From: Candidatus Latescibacterota bacterium | Lineage (GTDB): Bacteria; Latescibacterota; CBDEFO01 | Direction of reading: 5' to 3' | NCBI GenBank assembly: GCA_965248755.1 | Contig: OZ252149.1 | Span: forward strand, 2,112,001 to 2,176,000 | DNA length: 64,000 bases | In this document: positions 43,198-52,504 of the stretch, piece by piece | Layout of the letters: every line of letters starts with the position of its first letter | Position numbering within the stretch: position 1 is the first letter of the stretch | Position numbers and translations under genes: made by a program | Notes under the pieces: generated by a model | Told to the model about the DNA's origin: nothing | Databases searched by the model: none | What the model saw: the letters and a program-made list of their open reading frames with translations, nothing else

Positions 43198-45147
43198 ATG
43201 AGAAATGTTAGATTGGGGTTATGCTTGTGGGTCCTTATCCTGGCGGTTGTGCTGACATATAAGGATTCATCAGGACTTATCATCTACAGATTCGGCGGCC
43301 AGGCACTCCCTCCTCCTTCTGATGCGGAAAGTGAGGGTGTAGAATTTATTCAGAAAAGCTGGTCGGATTTGAACAGTTCACAGGGAGGAGAGACCTTTCA
43401 GCTCGTTATGGAGGACAATTCGATTAAGGCTTTTGAATTAGATCCTCAGGAGAATATAGCCCCAACGATTGAAGAAAGAGGAGGACGTAGAGAGTATGGA
43501 GCAGTTGACTACGTTGATGTGTTTGACGGGGATTTGACCACAGTGCACACTCTTCCCAGATACCTCTGTGCGGAGAAAGCCCTTAAAACCCGGCAGAGCT
43601 GCCTCTTACCTCCGTATGACACTGAAGGTCTAATCCAGATATCTCTCAACGGTCTATTTCTCATTGACAGGATCAGGATAATATCAGGACTCCTTGATCC
43701 GGACAAAGTTGTGCAGAGGGTTCGCGTCTACACTACCAACCTTCTCGTCGGACATAGAGGTGTCTATCATGAAATGGAAGATTGGATACAACCGAGTGAT
43801 GCGGTCCATGGTTCGGCTCACATAGACAATTCTATATACTCCGTGCTTGAGGTTAAGGACAACATGAAGCAGTACCTGGATATAGAGCCGGCCCCTATAA
43901 GGACTACCTTCATCCAGTTGACGGTGGCTGAACACAATGTAGAGTGGGAAATTGCAGAAGTAGAGGTCTATGCGAAGGGTTTTCTTGAAGAATCTTCATA
44001 TGTATCCGACAGGATAGACTTTGGGATCCCAGCAGCCTGGGGCGATATTAGATGGTCCGGAAGTAGAGACCCGGGCGCAAAAGTCTTGATACAGACAAGG
44101 AGCGGAGCGGACGACGATCCCACTATGTACTGGAAGAACACAGGGCGCGGGGGTGAGAAGAAGGAAGTGACCAGGTCTCGATATAACAGGCTCAATTTCG
44201 GCGAGAAGGCAGGAACGACCCATGATAGGGACAACTGGACGCTCTGGTCTCAACCTTACGATTTTGCCGACAGTTTAGGCACATCCGTTGTCTCTTTGAG
44301 TCCCCGTCGCTTCGTTCAGTTTAAGGTCGACTTCTTTCCACTGGGAGAGGCGGGTGGCGGACTGGACTTTTTGGAGTTTCGCGCCTCTGTCCCTCCTTCG
44401 GCCTCCAAGTTGGTGGGTGAGATTTCTCCTGTCCGGGTGGAAGTGGGGAAGGTATCACGTTTCACCTACGCTGTGAAGCCGACCATAGAGGGGGACGATA
44501 GAGGATTCGACAGTTTGGAGATGACCACAGCTTCTACGATTATGTCTGTCAATTCGGTGAGGATAGACGATGTTGATGTTCCGTTTGAGGTGGAGGCTTT
44601 AGAGGAGAATGAATTCGAGGTCAGTATCCCCAGAATAGGGAGGGAGGATTCAGGGGCGTTGATTGAGGTGGTATTCGATGCTAAGGTTTTAAGATATGGT
44701 TCTTCCTTCAATGCTCGTGTCTTCGACAGCAGCAGGCCTTGGGAGGTCCATCAGGGGGTCGGCGCTGGAGATGCAAAGGCCGAGTTCGAGGAGAACAGCG
44801 TATCTGTTATAACATCGGTTGAAGATAAGTCAGTACTTGAGGTGAGCGTTTCGCCTGAGACGTTCACACCGAATGGAGATGGGATAAACGACGTTGCCAT
44901 CATATCTTATGATATCTTTGAGATTACAGTTTCGGTCTTTGTGACAGTTGAGATACGAGATTTGTCAGGTAATTCTCTTCGGAAGGTATATTCAGGGGAT
45001 GATCCGATCGGTCATCACGAGCGGGAGTGGGATGGGAGGGACGATTCAGGGGAGATAGTCCCTCCTGGTGTCTACGTATATCAAGTTTCTATGGAGGCTG
45101 ATAAAGGAAACGACGATAAAGCCGGAACTGTCGACGTAGCTTATTAA
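43198..45147 (+). CDS. Secreted FlgD-Ig/CHU_C-tailed protein (pair B, copy 1)
   Basis: AGGAGG RBS then ATG 43198; signal peptide; FDGDLTT, WEIAEVEVY and WTLWSQPY; FTPNGDGIND...VAY tail. Confidence 0.8.
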   Translation: MRNVRLGLCLWVLILAVVLTYKDSSGLIIYRFGGQALPPPSDAESEGVEFIQKSWSDLNSSQGGETFQLVMEDNSIKAFELDPQENIAPTIEERGGRREYGAVDYVDVFDGDLTTVHTLPRYLCAEKALKTRQSCLLPPYDTEGLIQISLNGLFLIDRIRIISGLLDPDKVVQRVRVYTTNLLVGHRGVYHEMEDWIQPSDAVHGSAHIDNSIYSVLEVKDNMKQYLDIEPAPIRTTFIQLTVAEHNVEWEIAEVEVYAKGFLEESSYVSDRIDFGIPAAWGDIRWSGSRDPGAKVLIQTRSGADDDPTMYWKNTGRGGEKKEVTRSRYNRLNFGEKAGTTHDRDNWTLWSQPYDFADSLGTSVVSLSPRRFVQFKVDFFPLGEAGGGLDFLEFRASVPPSASKLVGEISPVRVEVGKVSRFTYAVKPTIEGDDRGFDSLEMTTASTIMSVNSVRIDDVDVPFEVEALEENEFEVSIPRIGREDSGALIEVVFDAKVLRYGSSFNARVFDSSRPWEVHQGVGAGDAKAEFEENSVSVITSVEDKSVLEVSVSPETFTPNGDGINDVAIISYDIFEITVSVFVTVEIRDLSGNSLRKVYSGDDPIGHHEREWDGRDDSGEIVPPGVYVYQVSMEADKGNDDKAGTVDVAY

Positions 45148-45205
45148 GTAAACAGCAGTCAGGGAAGGAGGAGGATCCGCATCTACCATTTCAAAGTGGG
45201 GGGAT

Positions 45206-45546
45206 TTGGAAACTTCGACATATGGAAGGACTTCATCCGACGCAGTAGAAACTAAAACTTCAGGTATTACGTTCAGGTCTATTTTTATCAGAGCGCTCTT
45301 ATCACTGTTTATAGGCATCGCTGTTCCCTATTCCAGTATGATCATTAAGGGAACGCGGGTTGCTCATAATTTCAGCACTCCTGCCGCCCTGTTTGTCTTC
45401 TTCATCTTCGTTGCGATCATCAACGTGATTTTAGGCGCCCTGAGAAGGAGCTTCGCCCTCACCCGCGCAGAGTTAGCTACAGTCTATATTATTTGGTAAT
45501 AGACTTTTTCACAGGCATGACGGGAAATGGTGTCGGATATTTCTAA
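45206..45546 (+). pseudogene. DUF6785-like transporter gene with an internal deletion of about 1.6 kb
   Basis: The first ~95 codons match 47728 and are joined at about 45492 directly to the last ~55 bp of the gene (ttggtaatagactttttcacagg...ggatatttctaa). Confidence 0.85.
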
Positions 45547-45574
45547 GGGGCTGGTCTGGATACGATGTTCCGTG

Positions 45575-45681
45575 AGGGACGACCGATGGGGAATTTAGTT
45601 CCTCCCGGGATATATCTTTCCAGGGTCGGAGTAGATGTGGATTCTGATTCTGCCGATCGCTTGCTCTCTGTGGCGTACTGA
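45575..45681 (+). pseudogene. Remnant of the 3' end of the 40576-43161 gene
   Basis: cccgggatatatctttccagggtcggagtagatgtggattc...ctctctgtggcgtactga is homologous to about 43045-43161. Confidence 0.75.
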
Positions 45682-45710
45682 TCCTTCGGTACGCGGTATT
45701 GGGGAGGATA

Positions 45711-47669
45711 TTGAAAATTAGAAATAGCAGATTGGGGTTATGCTTGTGGGTCCTTATGCTAGCGATTGTGCTGACATATCAGGATTCATCAGGACTTATC
45801 ATCTACAGATTCGGCGGCCAGGCACTCCCTCCTCCTTCGGAGGTGGAAAGTGAGGGTGTAGAATTTATTCAGAAAAGCTGGTCGGATTTGAACAGTTCAC
45901 AGGGAGGAGAGACCTTTCAGCTGGATATGGAGGACAATTCGATTAAGGCTTTTGAGTTAGATCCTCAGGAGAATATAGCCCCAACGGCTGAAGAAAGAGG
46001 AGGACGCAGAGAGTATGGAGCAGTTGACTTCGTTGATGCGTTTGACGGGAATTTGACCACAGTGTACTCTGCTCCCACATATAGCTGTGCGGAGGTTTTC
46101 CATACTAGACGAGGGCAGACGTGCGAACACGATCATTATGACGAGCTTGGTTTGGTCCAGATATCTCTCGGCGGTCTATTTCTCATTGACAGGATCAGGA
46201 TAATATCAGGATTCGTTAATCCGGACGGCGTTGTGCAGAGGCTTCGCGTCTACATCACCAACCTTCTCCCCGGACATAGAGGTGTCTGGGTTGAAGGGGA
46301 AGATTGGATACAACCGGCCAATAGACCGGATCAGATGGACAATTCTATATTCTCCGTGCTTGAGATTAAGGACAACAAGGAGCAGTTCCTGGAGATAAAG
46401 GTGGCGCCTATAAGGACTACCTTCATCCAGTTTGTGGTGGCAGAACACGATGTATTGTGGGAAATTGCAGATATAGAGGTCTATGCGAAGGGTTTTCTTG
46501 AAGAATCTTCATATGTATCCGACAGGATAGACTTTGGGAGCCCAGCAGCCTGGGGCGATATTAGATGGTCCGGAAGTAGAGACCCGGGAGCAAAAGTCTT
46601 TATACAGACAAGGAGCGGAGCGGACGACGATCCCAATATCTACTGGGAGGAGACAGGGCGCGCGGGTGAGAAGAAGGAAGTGGACAGGTCTCGATATAAC
46701 AGGCTCAAGTTCAGCGAGAAGGCAGGAACGACCCATGACAGGGACAACTGGACGTTCTGGTCTCAACCTTACGATTTTGCCGACAGTTTAGGCACATCCG
46801 TTGTCTCTTTGAGTCCCCGTCGCTTCGTTCAGTTTAAGGTCGACTTCTTTCCACTGGGAGAGGCGGGTGGCGGACTCGACTTCTTGGAGTTTCGCGCCTC
46901 TGTCCCTCCTTCGGCCTCCAAGTTGGTGGGTGAGATTTCTCCTGTCCGGGTGGAAGTGGGGAAGGTATCACGTTTCACCTACGCTGTGAAGCCGACCATA
47001 GAGGGGGACGATAGAGGATTTAACAGTTTGGAGATGACCACATCTTCTACGATTATGTCTGTCAATTCGGTGAGGATAGACGATGTTGATGTTCCGCCTG
47101 ACGATTTCGAGGTGGAGGCTTTAGAGGAGAATCGGTTCGAGGTCAGTTTCCCAAGAATAGATAGGGAGGATTCAGGGGCGTTGATTGAGGTGGTATTCGA
47201 TGCTAAGGTTTTAAGATATGGTTCTTCCTTCAACGCTCGTGTCTTCGACAGCAGCAAGCCTTTGGAGGTCCATCAGGGGGTCAGCGCTGGAGATGCAAAG
47301 GCCGAGTTTGAGGAGAACAGCGTATCTGTTATAACATCGGTTGAAGATAAGTCAGTACTTGAGGTGAGCGTTTCGCCTGAGACGTTCACACCGAATGGAG
47401 ATGGGATAAACGACGTTTCCATCATATCTTATGATATCTTTGAGATTACAGTTTCGGTCTTTGTGACAGTTGAGATACGAGATTTGTCAGGTAATTCTCT
47501 TCGGAAGGTATATTCGGGGGATGATCCGATCGGTCATCACGAGCGAGAGTGGGATGGGAGGGACGATTCAGGGGAGATAGTACCTCCTGGTGTCTACGTA
47601 TATCAAGTTTCTATGGAGGCTGATAAAGGAAACGACGATAAAGCCGGAACTGTCGACGTAGCTTATTAA
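45711..47669 (+). CDS. Secreted FlgD-Ig/CHU_C-tailed protein (pair B, copy 2)
   Basis: GGAGG RBS then TTG 45711 (the homologous ATG reads ATT here); near-identical to 43198 outside the head domain. Confidence 0.8.
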   Translation: MKIRNSRLGLCLWVLMLAIVLTYQDSSGLIIYRFGGQALPPPSEVESEGVEFIQKSWSDLNSSQGGETFQLDMEDNSIKAFELDPQENIAPTAEERGGRREYGAVDFVDAFDGNLTTVYSAPTYSCAEVFHTRRGQTCEHDHYDELGLVQISLGGLFLIDRIRIISGFVNPDGVVQRLRVYITNLLPGHRGVWVEGEDWIQPANRPDQMDNSIFSVLEIKDNKEQFLEIKVAPIRTTFIQFVVAEHDVLWEIADIEVYAKGFLEESSYVSDRIDFGSPAAWGDIRWSGSRDPGAKVFIQTRSGADDDPNIYWEETGRAGEKKEVDRSRYNRLKFSEKAGTTHDRDNWTFWSQPYDFADSLGTSVVSLSPRRFVQFKVDFFPLGEAGGGLDFLEFRASVPPSASKLVGEISPVRVEVGKVSRFTYAVKPTIEGDDRGFNSLEMTTSSTIMSVNSVRIDDVDVPPDDFEVEALEENRFEVSFPRIDREDSGALIEVVFDAKVLRYGSSFNARVFDSSKPLEVHQGVSAGDAKAEFEENSVSVITSVEDKSVLEVSVSPETFTPNGDGINDVSIISYDIFEITVSVFVTVEIRDLSGNSLRKVYSGDDPIGHHEREWDGRDDSGEIVPPGVYVYQVSMEADKGNDDKAGTVDVAY

Positions 47670-47727
47670 GTAAACAGCAGTCAGGGAAGAAGGAGGATGC
47701 GCATCTACTATTCCAAAGTGGGGGGAT

Positions 47728-49704
47728 TTGGAAACTTCGACATATAGAAGAACTTCATCCGACGCAGTAGAAACTAAAACTTCAGGTATTACGTTCAGGT
47801 CCGTTTTTATCGGAGCGCTCTTATCACTGTTTATAGGCATCGCTGTTCCCTATTCCAGTATGATCATTAAGGGAACGCGCCTTGCTCATAATTTCAGCAC
47901 TCCCGCCGCCCTGTTTGTCTTCTTCATCTTCGTTGCGATCATCAACGTGATTTTAGGCGCCCTGAGAAGGAGCTTTGCCCTCAGCCGTCCAGAGTTAGCC
48001 ACAGTCTATATTATGGCGATGATCGCAACAGCAATACCCACCATCGGATTTTCCGAATACGTCCTGCCTATCATCATTGGCGTTTACTATTTCGCAACAC
48101 CTGAGAACGACTGGGCAAACCTTATTCATCCCAACGTGCCAGAGTGGATAACACCCAAGGATCCGGATGCAATAAGGTATTTCTATGAGGGCCTCCCCCA
48201 AGGCCAGTCTGTGCCCTGGAAAGAATGGTTTGAGCCGATATTTTACTGGTGTCTGTTCATAGTCACCCTCTATTTTGTGATGATATGCATGATGATAATT
48301 ATGAGGAAGCAGTGGATGGAGAGAGAGAGGTTGCTCTATCCGTTGGTTCAGGTCCCCCTGGAGATGATACGGGACGATGAGAGGGGCTCCCTTATCAAAC
48401 CTCTCTTCAAGAATCCGGTTATGTGGATCGGTTTTGCCATTCCCTTCTTAATAGGAAATGTGAATGCGTTTCACAATTACTTCCCTTTCATCCCGAGTAT
48501 TGAAATGGGCACTAGTCTGGCACTCTTCAGGAATACTACATGGCTCTCCTTCAATATGAACATACCGCTGATCGGTTTTGCGTATCTTTTGAATCGCGAC
48601 ATTGCATTAGGATTTTGGCTCTTTTTTCTTCTGTCGATAGTAGAAAGGGGTACATTCAGCATTATAGGCTTTCAGAGCACGGAGAATTTAAGCAGGTTTG
48701 CGAATCTCGCTGGCCCTTACCTTGCGCATCAGGCGATGGGAGCTATGATAGTATTGGTGTTGTCAGGGCTATGGGTAGCCAGAGGACACCTTAGAGATGT
48801 GTTCAGGAAGGCCTTCAGGGGAGACCCGGATGTAGATGATTCGGGGGAAGTGCTATCTTATCGAACAGCCGTTTATGGGCTTTTGATTGGGCTTTTTCTT
48901 ATGAGCATCTGGCTCTGGAAGTCAGGTTTCCCCATCTGGATCGTGCCCATATTCTTATTTGCAGTCTTTGTTATATTTACGGCCCTAACCAGAGCGGTGA
49001 TAGAGGGAGGTGCATCCATCCTGAGGACGCCTATAACGCCTTCAGACTTCGTCGTTTCTGGAATAGGGAGCAGTGTCCTGGGGTCATCCGGACTGGTAGC
49101 TTTAGCATTTACGTATGTTTGGAGCGCCAATATTCGCATCTTCTTTATGCCCTGTTTCGCCAATGCGCTGAAATTAGCAGAGGAGATAAAGGGGAGTAAG
49201 AGACCTTTAATTTGGGCGGTGGCAGTAGCTATAGCGGTCACCATAGCAGGGTCTGTATGGGTGATTATGGATATGTCCTATAAGCACGGCGGGATCAATC
49301 TTGACTCCTTCTATTTCATTGCTGTTCCTCGAAATGCATTTAGATATATAGCCCCTAAATTGGCCAATCCTGTCGCGGCGAACATAGGAGGATGGATATT
49401 TACGGCTATAGGTGCTCTTCTAATGGGTCTTTTGACGTTTGCCAGGTATCGGTTTTTGTGGTGGCCTGTACACCCCTTGGGATTTGCCACCAGCACGTTC
49501 TATATTATGAATGTGGCCTGGTTTCCTGTCTTTTTAGCGTGGATATTTAAGACGATAATTCTCAAATATGGTGGATCGCTGTTGTATAGAAGGACGAGGC
49601 CGTTTTTCCTGGGATTGATTTTGGGGGCGGTATTTGTTGCGGGGATGTGGTTGGTAATAGACTTTTTCACAGGGAAGACCGAAAATGGTGTCGGATATTT
49701 TTAA
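47728..49704 (+). CDS. DUF6785/DUF6784-like polytopic inner-membrane protein (putative transporter)
   Basis: Many TM segments; ELATVY.M, YFATPENDW, RKQWMERERLLYPLVQVP, WWPVHPLGF and KYGG.LLYR...PFFLGLILG motifs. Confidence 0.75.
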   Translation: METSTYRRTSSDAVETKTSGITFRSVFIGALLSLFIGIAVPYSSMIIKGTRLAHNFSTPAALFVFFIFVAIINVILGALRRSFALSRPELATVYIMAMIATAIPTIGFSEYVLPIIIGVYYFATPENDWANLIHPNVPEWITPKDPDAIRYFYEGLPQGQSVPWKEWFEPIFYWCLFIVTLYFVMICMMIIMRKQWMERERLLYPLVQVPLEMIRDDERGSLIKPLFKNPVMWIGFAIPFLIGNVNAFHNYFPFIPSIEMGTSLALFRNTTWLSFNMNIPLIGFAYLLNRDIALGFWLFFLLSIVERGTFSIIGFQSTENLSRFANLAGPYLAHQAMGAMIVLVLSGLWVARGHLRDVFRKAFRGDPDVDDSGEVLSYRTAVYGLLIGLFLMSIWLWKSGFPIWIVPIFLFAVFVIFTALTRAVIEGGASILRTPITPSDFVVSGIGSSVLGSSGLVALAFTYVWSANIRIFFMPCFANALKLAEEIKGSKRPLIWAVAVAIAVTIAGSVWVIMDMSYKHGGINLDSFYFIAVPRNAFRYIAPKLANPVAANIGGWIFTAIGALLMGLLTFARYRFLWWPVHPLGFATSTFYIMNVAWFPVFLAWIFKTIILKYGGSLLYRRTRPFFLGLILGAVFVAGMWLVIDFFTGKTENGVGYF

Positions 49705-49998
49705 GGGGCTAGTCTGTATACGATAGGGGGGCGGTGGGGCCCCTCCAAATCTACAAAGGCCCGCACAGGTATAAATCTTTCTCAAACCTGTGGGTTTTGA
49801 ACACCGCATTGTCTGAAGCATTCTCATCGTAACTCTTGCTGACATGGGGTTACGCTTTCCACGACGGCCTGTTTGTCGATCTTCCCCACTGGATCGATCT
49901 CTTCCTGCTGGCACTCAGAGCGAGCTATTTCCCCGAACAACAAGCCACAGCCGTGATGACTCTGTCTGGTAAATCCGGGAGCTTTCTGCCTCGCGTTT

Positions 49999-52017
49999 TT
50001 GTATGATACGATTCACCCTACTTCAGGATCCACCTTTTTTGAAATGATCTCAACACAAAGACAGACTCTATCCGACCCAGTAAAAGATGAGTCATCAAGT
50101 ATTACATTCAGGTCCGTTTTTATCGGAGCGCTCTTATCACTGTTTATAGGCATCGCTGTTCCCTATTCCAGTATGATCATTAAGGGGACGCGCGTTGCTC
50201 ATAATTTCAGCGCTCCTGCCGCCCTCTTTGTCTTCTTCATCTTCGTTGCGATCATCAACGTGATCTTAGGCGTCCTGAGAAGGAGCTTTGCCCTCAGCCG
50301 CCCAGAGTTAGCCACAGTCTATATTATGGCGATGATCGCAACAGCTATACCCACCGTTGGATTTTCCCAATACGTCCTGCCTATCATCATTGGCCTTTAC
50401 TATTTTGCCACACCTGAGAACGACTGGGTAAACCTTATTCATCCCAGCGTGCCAGAGTGGATAACACCCAAGGATTCGGATGCAATAAGGTATTTCTATG
50501 AGGGCCTCCCCCAAGGCCAGTCTGTGCCCTGGGACGAGTGGTTTGAGCCGATATTTTACTGGTGTCTGTTTGTTGTCACCCTCTATTTTGTGATGATATG
50601 TACGATGATAATCTTGAGGAAGCAGTGGATGGAAAAAGAGCGGTTTCTCTATCCTCTGGTTCAGGTGCCTTTGGAGATGATACAGGATGATGAGAGACAC
50701 TCCCTTATCAAACCTTTCTTTAGGAATCCGGTTATGTGGATAGGTTTTGCCATTCCCTTCTTAATAGGAAATGTCAATGCCCTTCACAACTACTTCCCTT
50801 TCATCCCGCATATTGAAATAGGCACTGGTCTGTCGCTGTTCAGGAATACTATAGGGCTCTCCTTCTATGTGAACTTACCGCTTGTCGGATTTGCGTATCT
50901 TTTAAGCCGCGACATTGCATTAGGATTCTGGCTCTTTTATCTTCTGACGACAGTACAAAGGGGCATGTTTAATATTATTGGCTTTCAGAGCACAGAGAAG
51001 TTGAGCAGGTTTGCGGAGTTGGTGGGTCCTTACCTTGCGCATCAGACGATGGGAGCTATGATAGTATTGGTGTTGTCAGGGCTATGGGTAGGCAGAGGAC
51101 ACCTTAGAGATGTGTTCAGGAAGGCCTTCAGGGGAGACCCGGATGTAGATGATTCAGGGGAGGTGCTATCTTATCGAACAGCAGTTATCGGGCTTATGAT
51201 CGGGCTTTTTCTTATGAGCATCTGGCTCTGGAAGTCGGGTTTTCCCCTCTGGATCGTGCCCATATTCCTATTTGCAGTCTTTGTTATATTTACAGCCGTA
51301 ACCAGAGCGGTGATAGAGGGAGGTGCATCGTTCATCAGGACGCCCATAATTCCCTCAGACTTCGTCGTTTCTGGATTGGGAACGAGTGTTTTGGGATCGT
51401 CCGGGCTGGTAGCTTTAGCCTTTACGTATGTTTGGAGCGCCAATATTCGCATGTTCTTTATGCCCTGTTTTGCTAATGCGCTGAAATTAGCAGAGGAGAT
51501 AAAGGGGAATAAAAGACCTCTGATATGGGCGGTGGCAGTAGCTATAGCGGTTACCTTAGCAGGGTCTATATGGGAGATTATGAATATATCTTACAAGCAT
51601 GGCGCGATCAATCTTGACAGCTTCTATTTCATTGCTGTTCCCCGAAATGCTTTTAGCTATATAGCCCCTCTTTTCGCCGGCCCTGTTGCGGCGAATATAG
51701 GAGGATGGATATTTACGGCTATAGGCGCTCTTCTGATGGGTCTTTTCACGTTTGCCAGGTATCGTTTTTTGTGGTGGCCTGTACACCCTCTGGGATTTGC
51801 CACAAGCACGTTCTATACTATGAGTGTGGCCTGGTTTCCTGTGTTTTTAGCTTGGCTATTTAAGACGATAATTCTCAAGTATGGTGGATCGCTGTTGTAT
51901 AGAAGGACGAGGCCCTTTTTCCTGGGATTGATTTTGGGGGCGGTATTTGTTGCGGGCATGTGGTTAGTAATAGACTTTTTCACAGGGATGACCGACAATG
52001 GTATCGGATATTTCTAA
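49999..52017 (+). CDS. DUF6785/DUF6784-like polytopic inner-membrane protein (tandem paralog)
   Basis: Highly similar to 47728-49704. The start is uncertain (ATG 50044 is possible). Confidence 0.75.
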   Translation: MYDTIHPTSGSTFFEMISTQRQTLSDPVKDESSSITFRSVFIGALLSLFIGIAVPYSSMIIKGTRVAHNFSAPAALFVFFIFVAIINVILGVLRRSFALSRPELATVYIMAMIATAIPTVGFSQYVLPIIIGLYYFATPENDWVNLIHPSVPEWITPKDSDAIRYFYEGLPQGQSVPWDEWFEPIFYWCLFVVTLYFVMICTMIILRKQWMEKERFLYPLVQVPLEMIQDDERHSLIKPFFRNPVMWIGFAIPFLIGNVNALHNYFPFIPHIEIGTGLSLFRNTIGLSFYVNLPLVGFAYLLSRDIALGFWLFYLLTTVQRGMFNIIGFQSTEKLSRFAELVGPYLAHQTMGAMIVLVLSGLWVGRGHLRDVFRKAFRGDPDVDDSGEVLSYRTAVIGLMIGLFLMSIWLWKSGFPLWIVPIFLFAVFVIFTAVTRAVIEGGASFIRTPIIPSDFVVSGLGTSVLGSSGLVALAFTYVWSANIRMFFMPCFANALKLAEEIKGNKRPLIWAVAVAIAVTLAGSIWEIMNISYKHGAINLDSFYFIAVPRNAFSYIAPLFAGPVAANIGGWIFTAIGALLMGLFTFARYRFLWWPVHPLGFATSTFYTMSVAWFPVFLAWLFKTIILKYGGSLLYRRTRPFFLGLILGAVFVAGMWLVIDFFTGMTDNGIGYF

Positions 52018-52277
52018 GGGGCTGGTCCGGATACGATGGGCGGTGGGGGCGTCCTCCAAATCTACAAAGACCCTCATAGGCATAAATCTTTATCGAAACT
52101 ATGGGTCTTTAACACCAGTATGTGTCTTAAACACCGCATTGTCTGAAGCATTTAAATGCTCTACTTCGATGGAGAAGAAATTGATCTCTCACAACGCGTC
52201 TGCTACACGGCTGGATGGATTAGAAATTTTAGAGCGTCTTCCGCAGAGCTTGGCGAAGGGCATAAACGATACTCAAC

Positions 52278-52481
52278 TTAAGCCTGAACTCCCAATACGA
52301 AGCATGCCCTGTCTGGCTTGCAGTCCTCCGGGCACACAAAGTCGTTATCAGGACCGACGACCATCATTGTCTTAAGACACCAATACTGAGCCGTAGGGCT
52401 CGTCTTTGTCAAATAAAGGGGAGACCTTTCTGCCGGAACGTATGACGCCTTCGTCCTGAGATACTGACATATTTCTGGCAC
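52278..52481 (-). CDS. Small Cys-rich hypothetical protein, last gene of the Pao-like operon
   Basis: AAGGAGG RBS then GTG; 67 aa with 5 Cys; a conserved second copy lies at 12286-12498. Confidence 0.7.
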   Translation of the reverse strand: MPEICQYLRTKASYVPAERSPLYLTKTSPTAQYWCLKTMMVVGPDNDFVCPEDCKPDRACFVLGVQA

Positions 52482-52504
52482 GATTGCTACCTCCTTTGGC
52501 ACTA

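Noticed and set aside
4769..47669. Diversity-generating retroelement as the source of the variable loops
   Set aside because: No reverse transcriptase or separate template repeat is visible. Differences include indels, are not confined to adenines of either copy, and are internal rather than C-terminal. An element acting in trans cannot be excluded.
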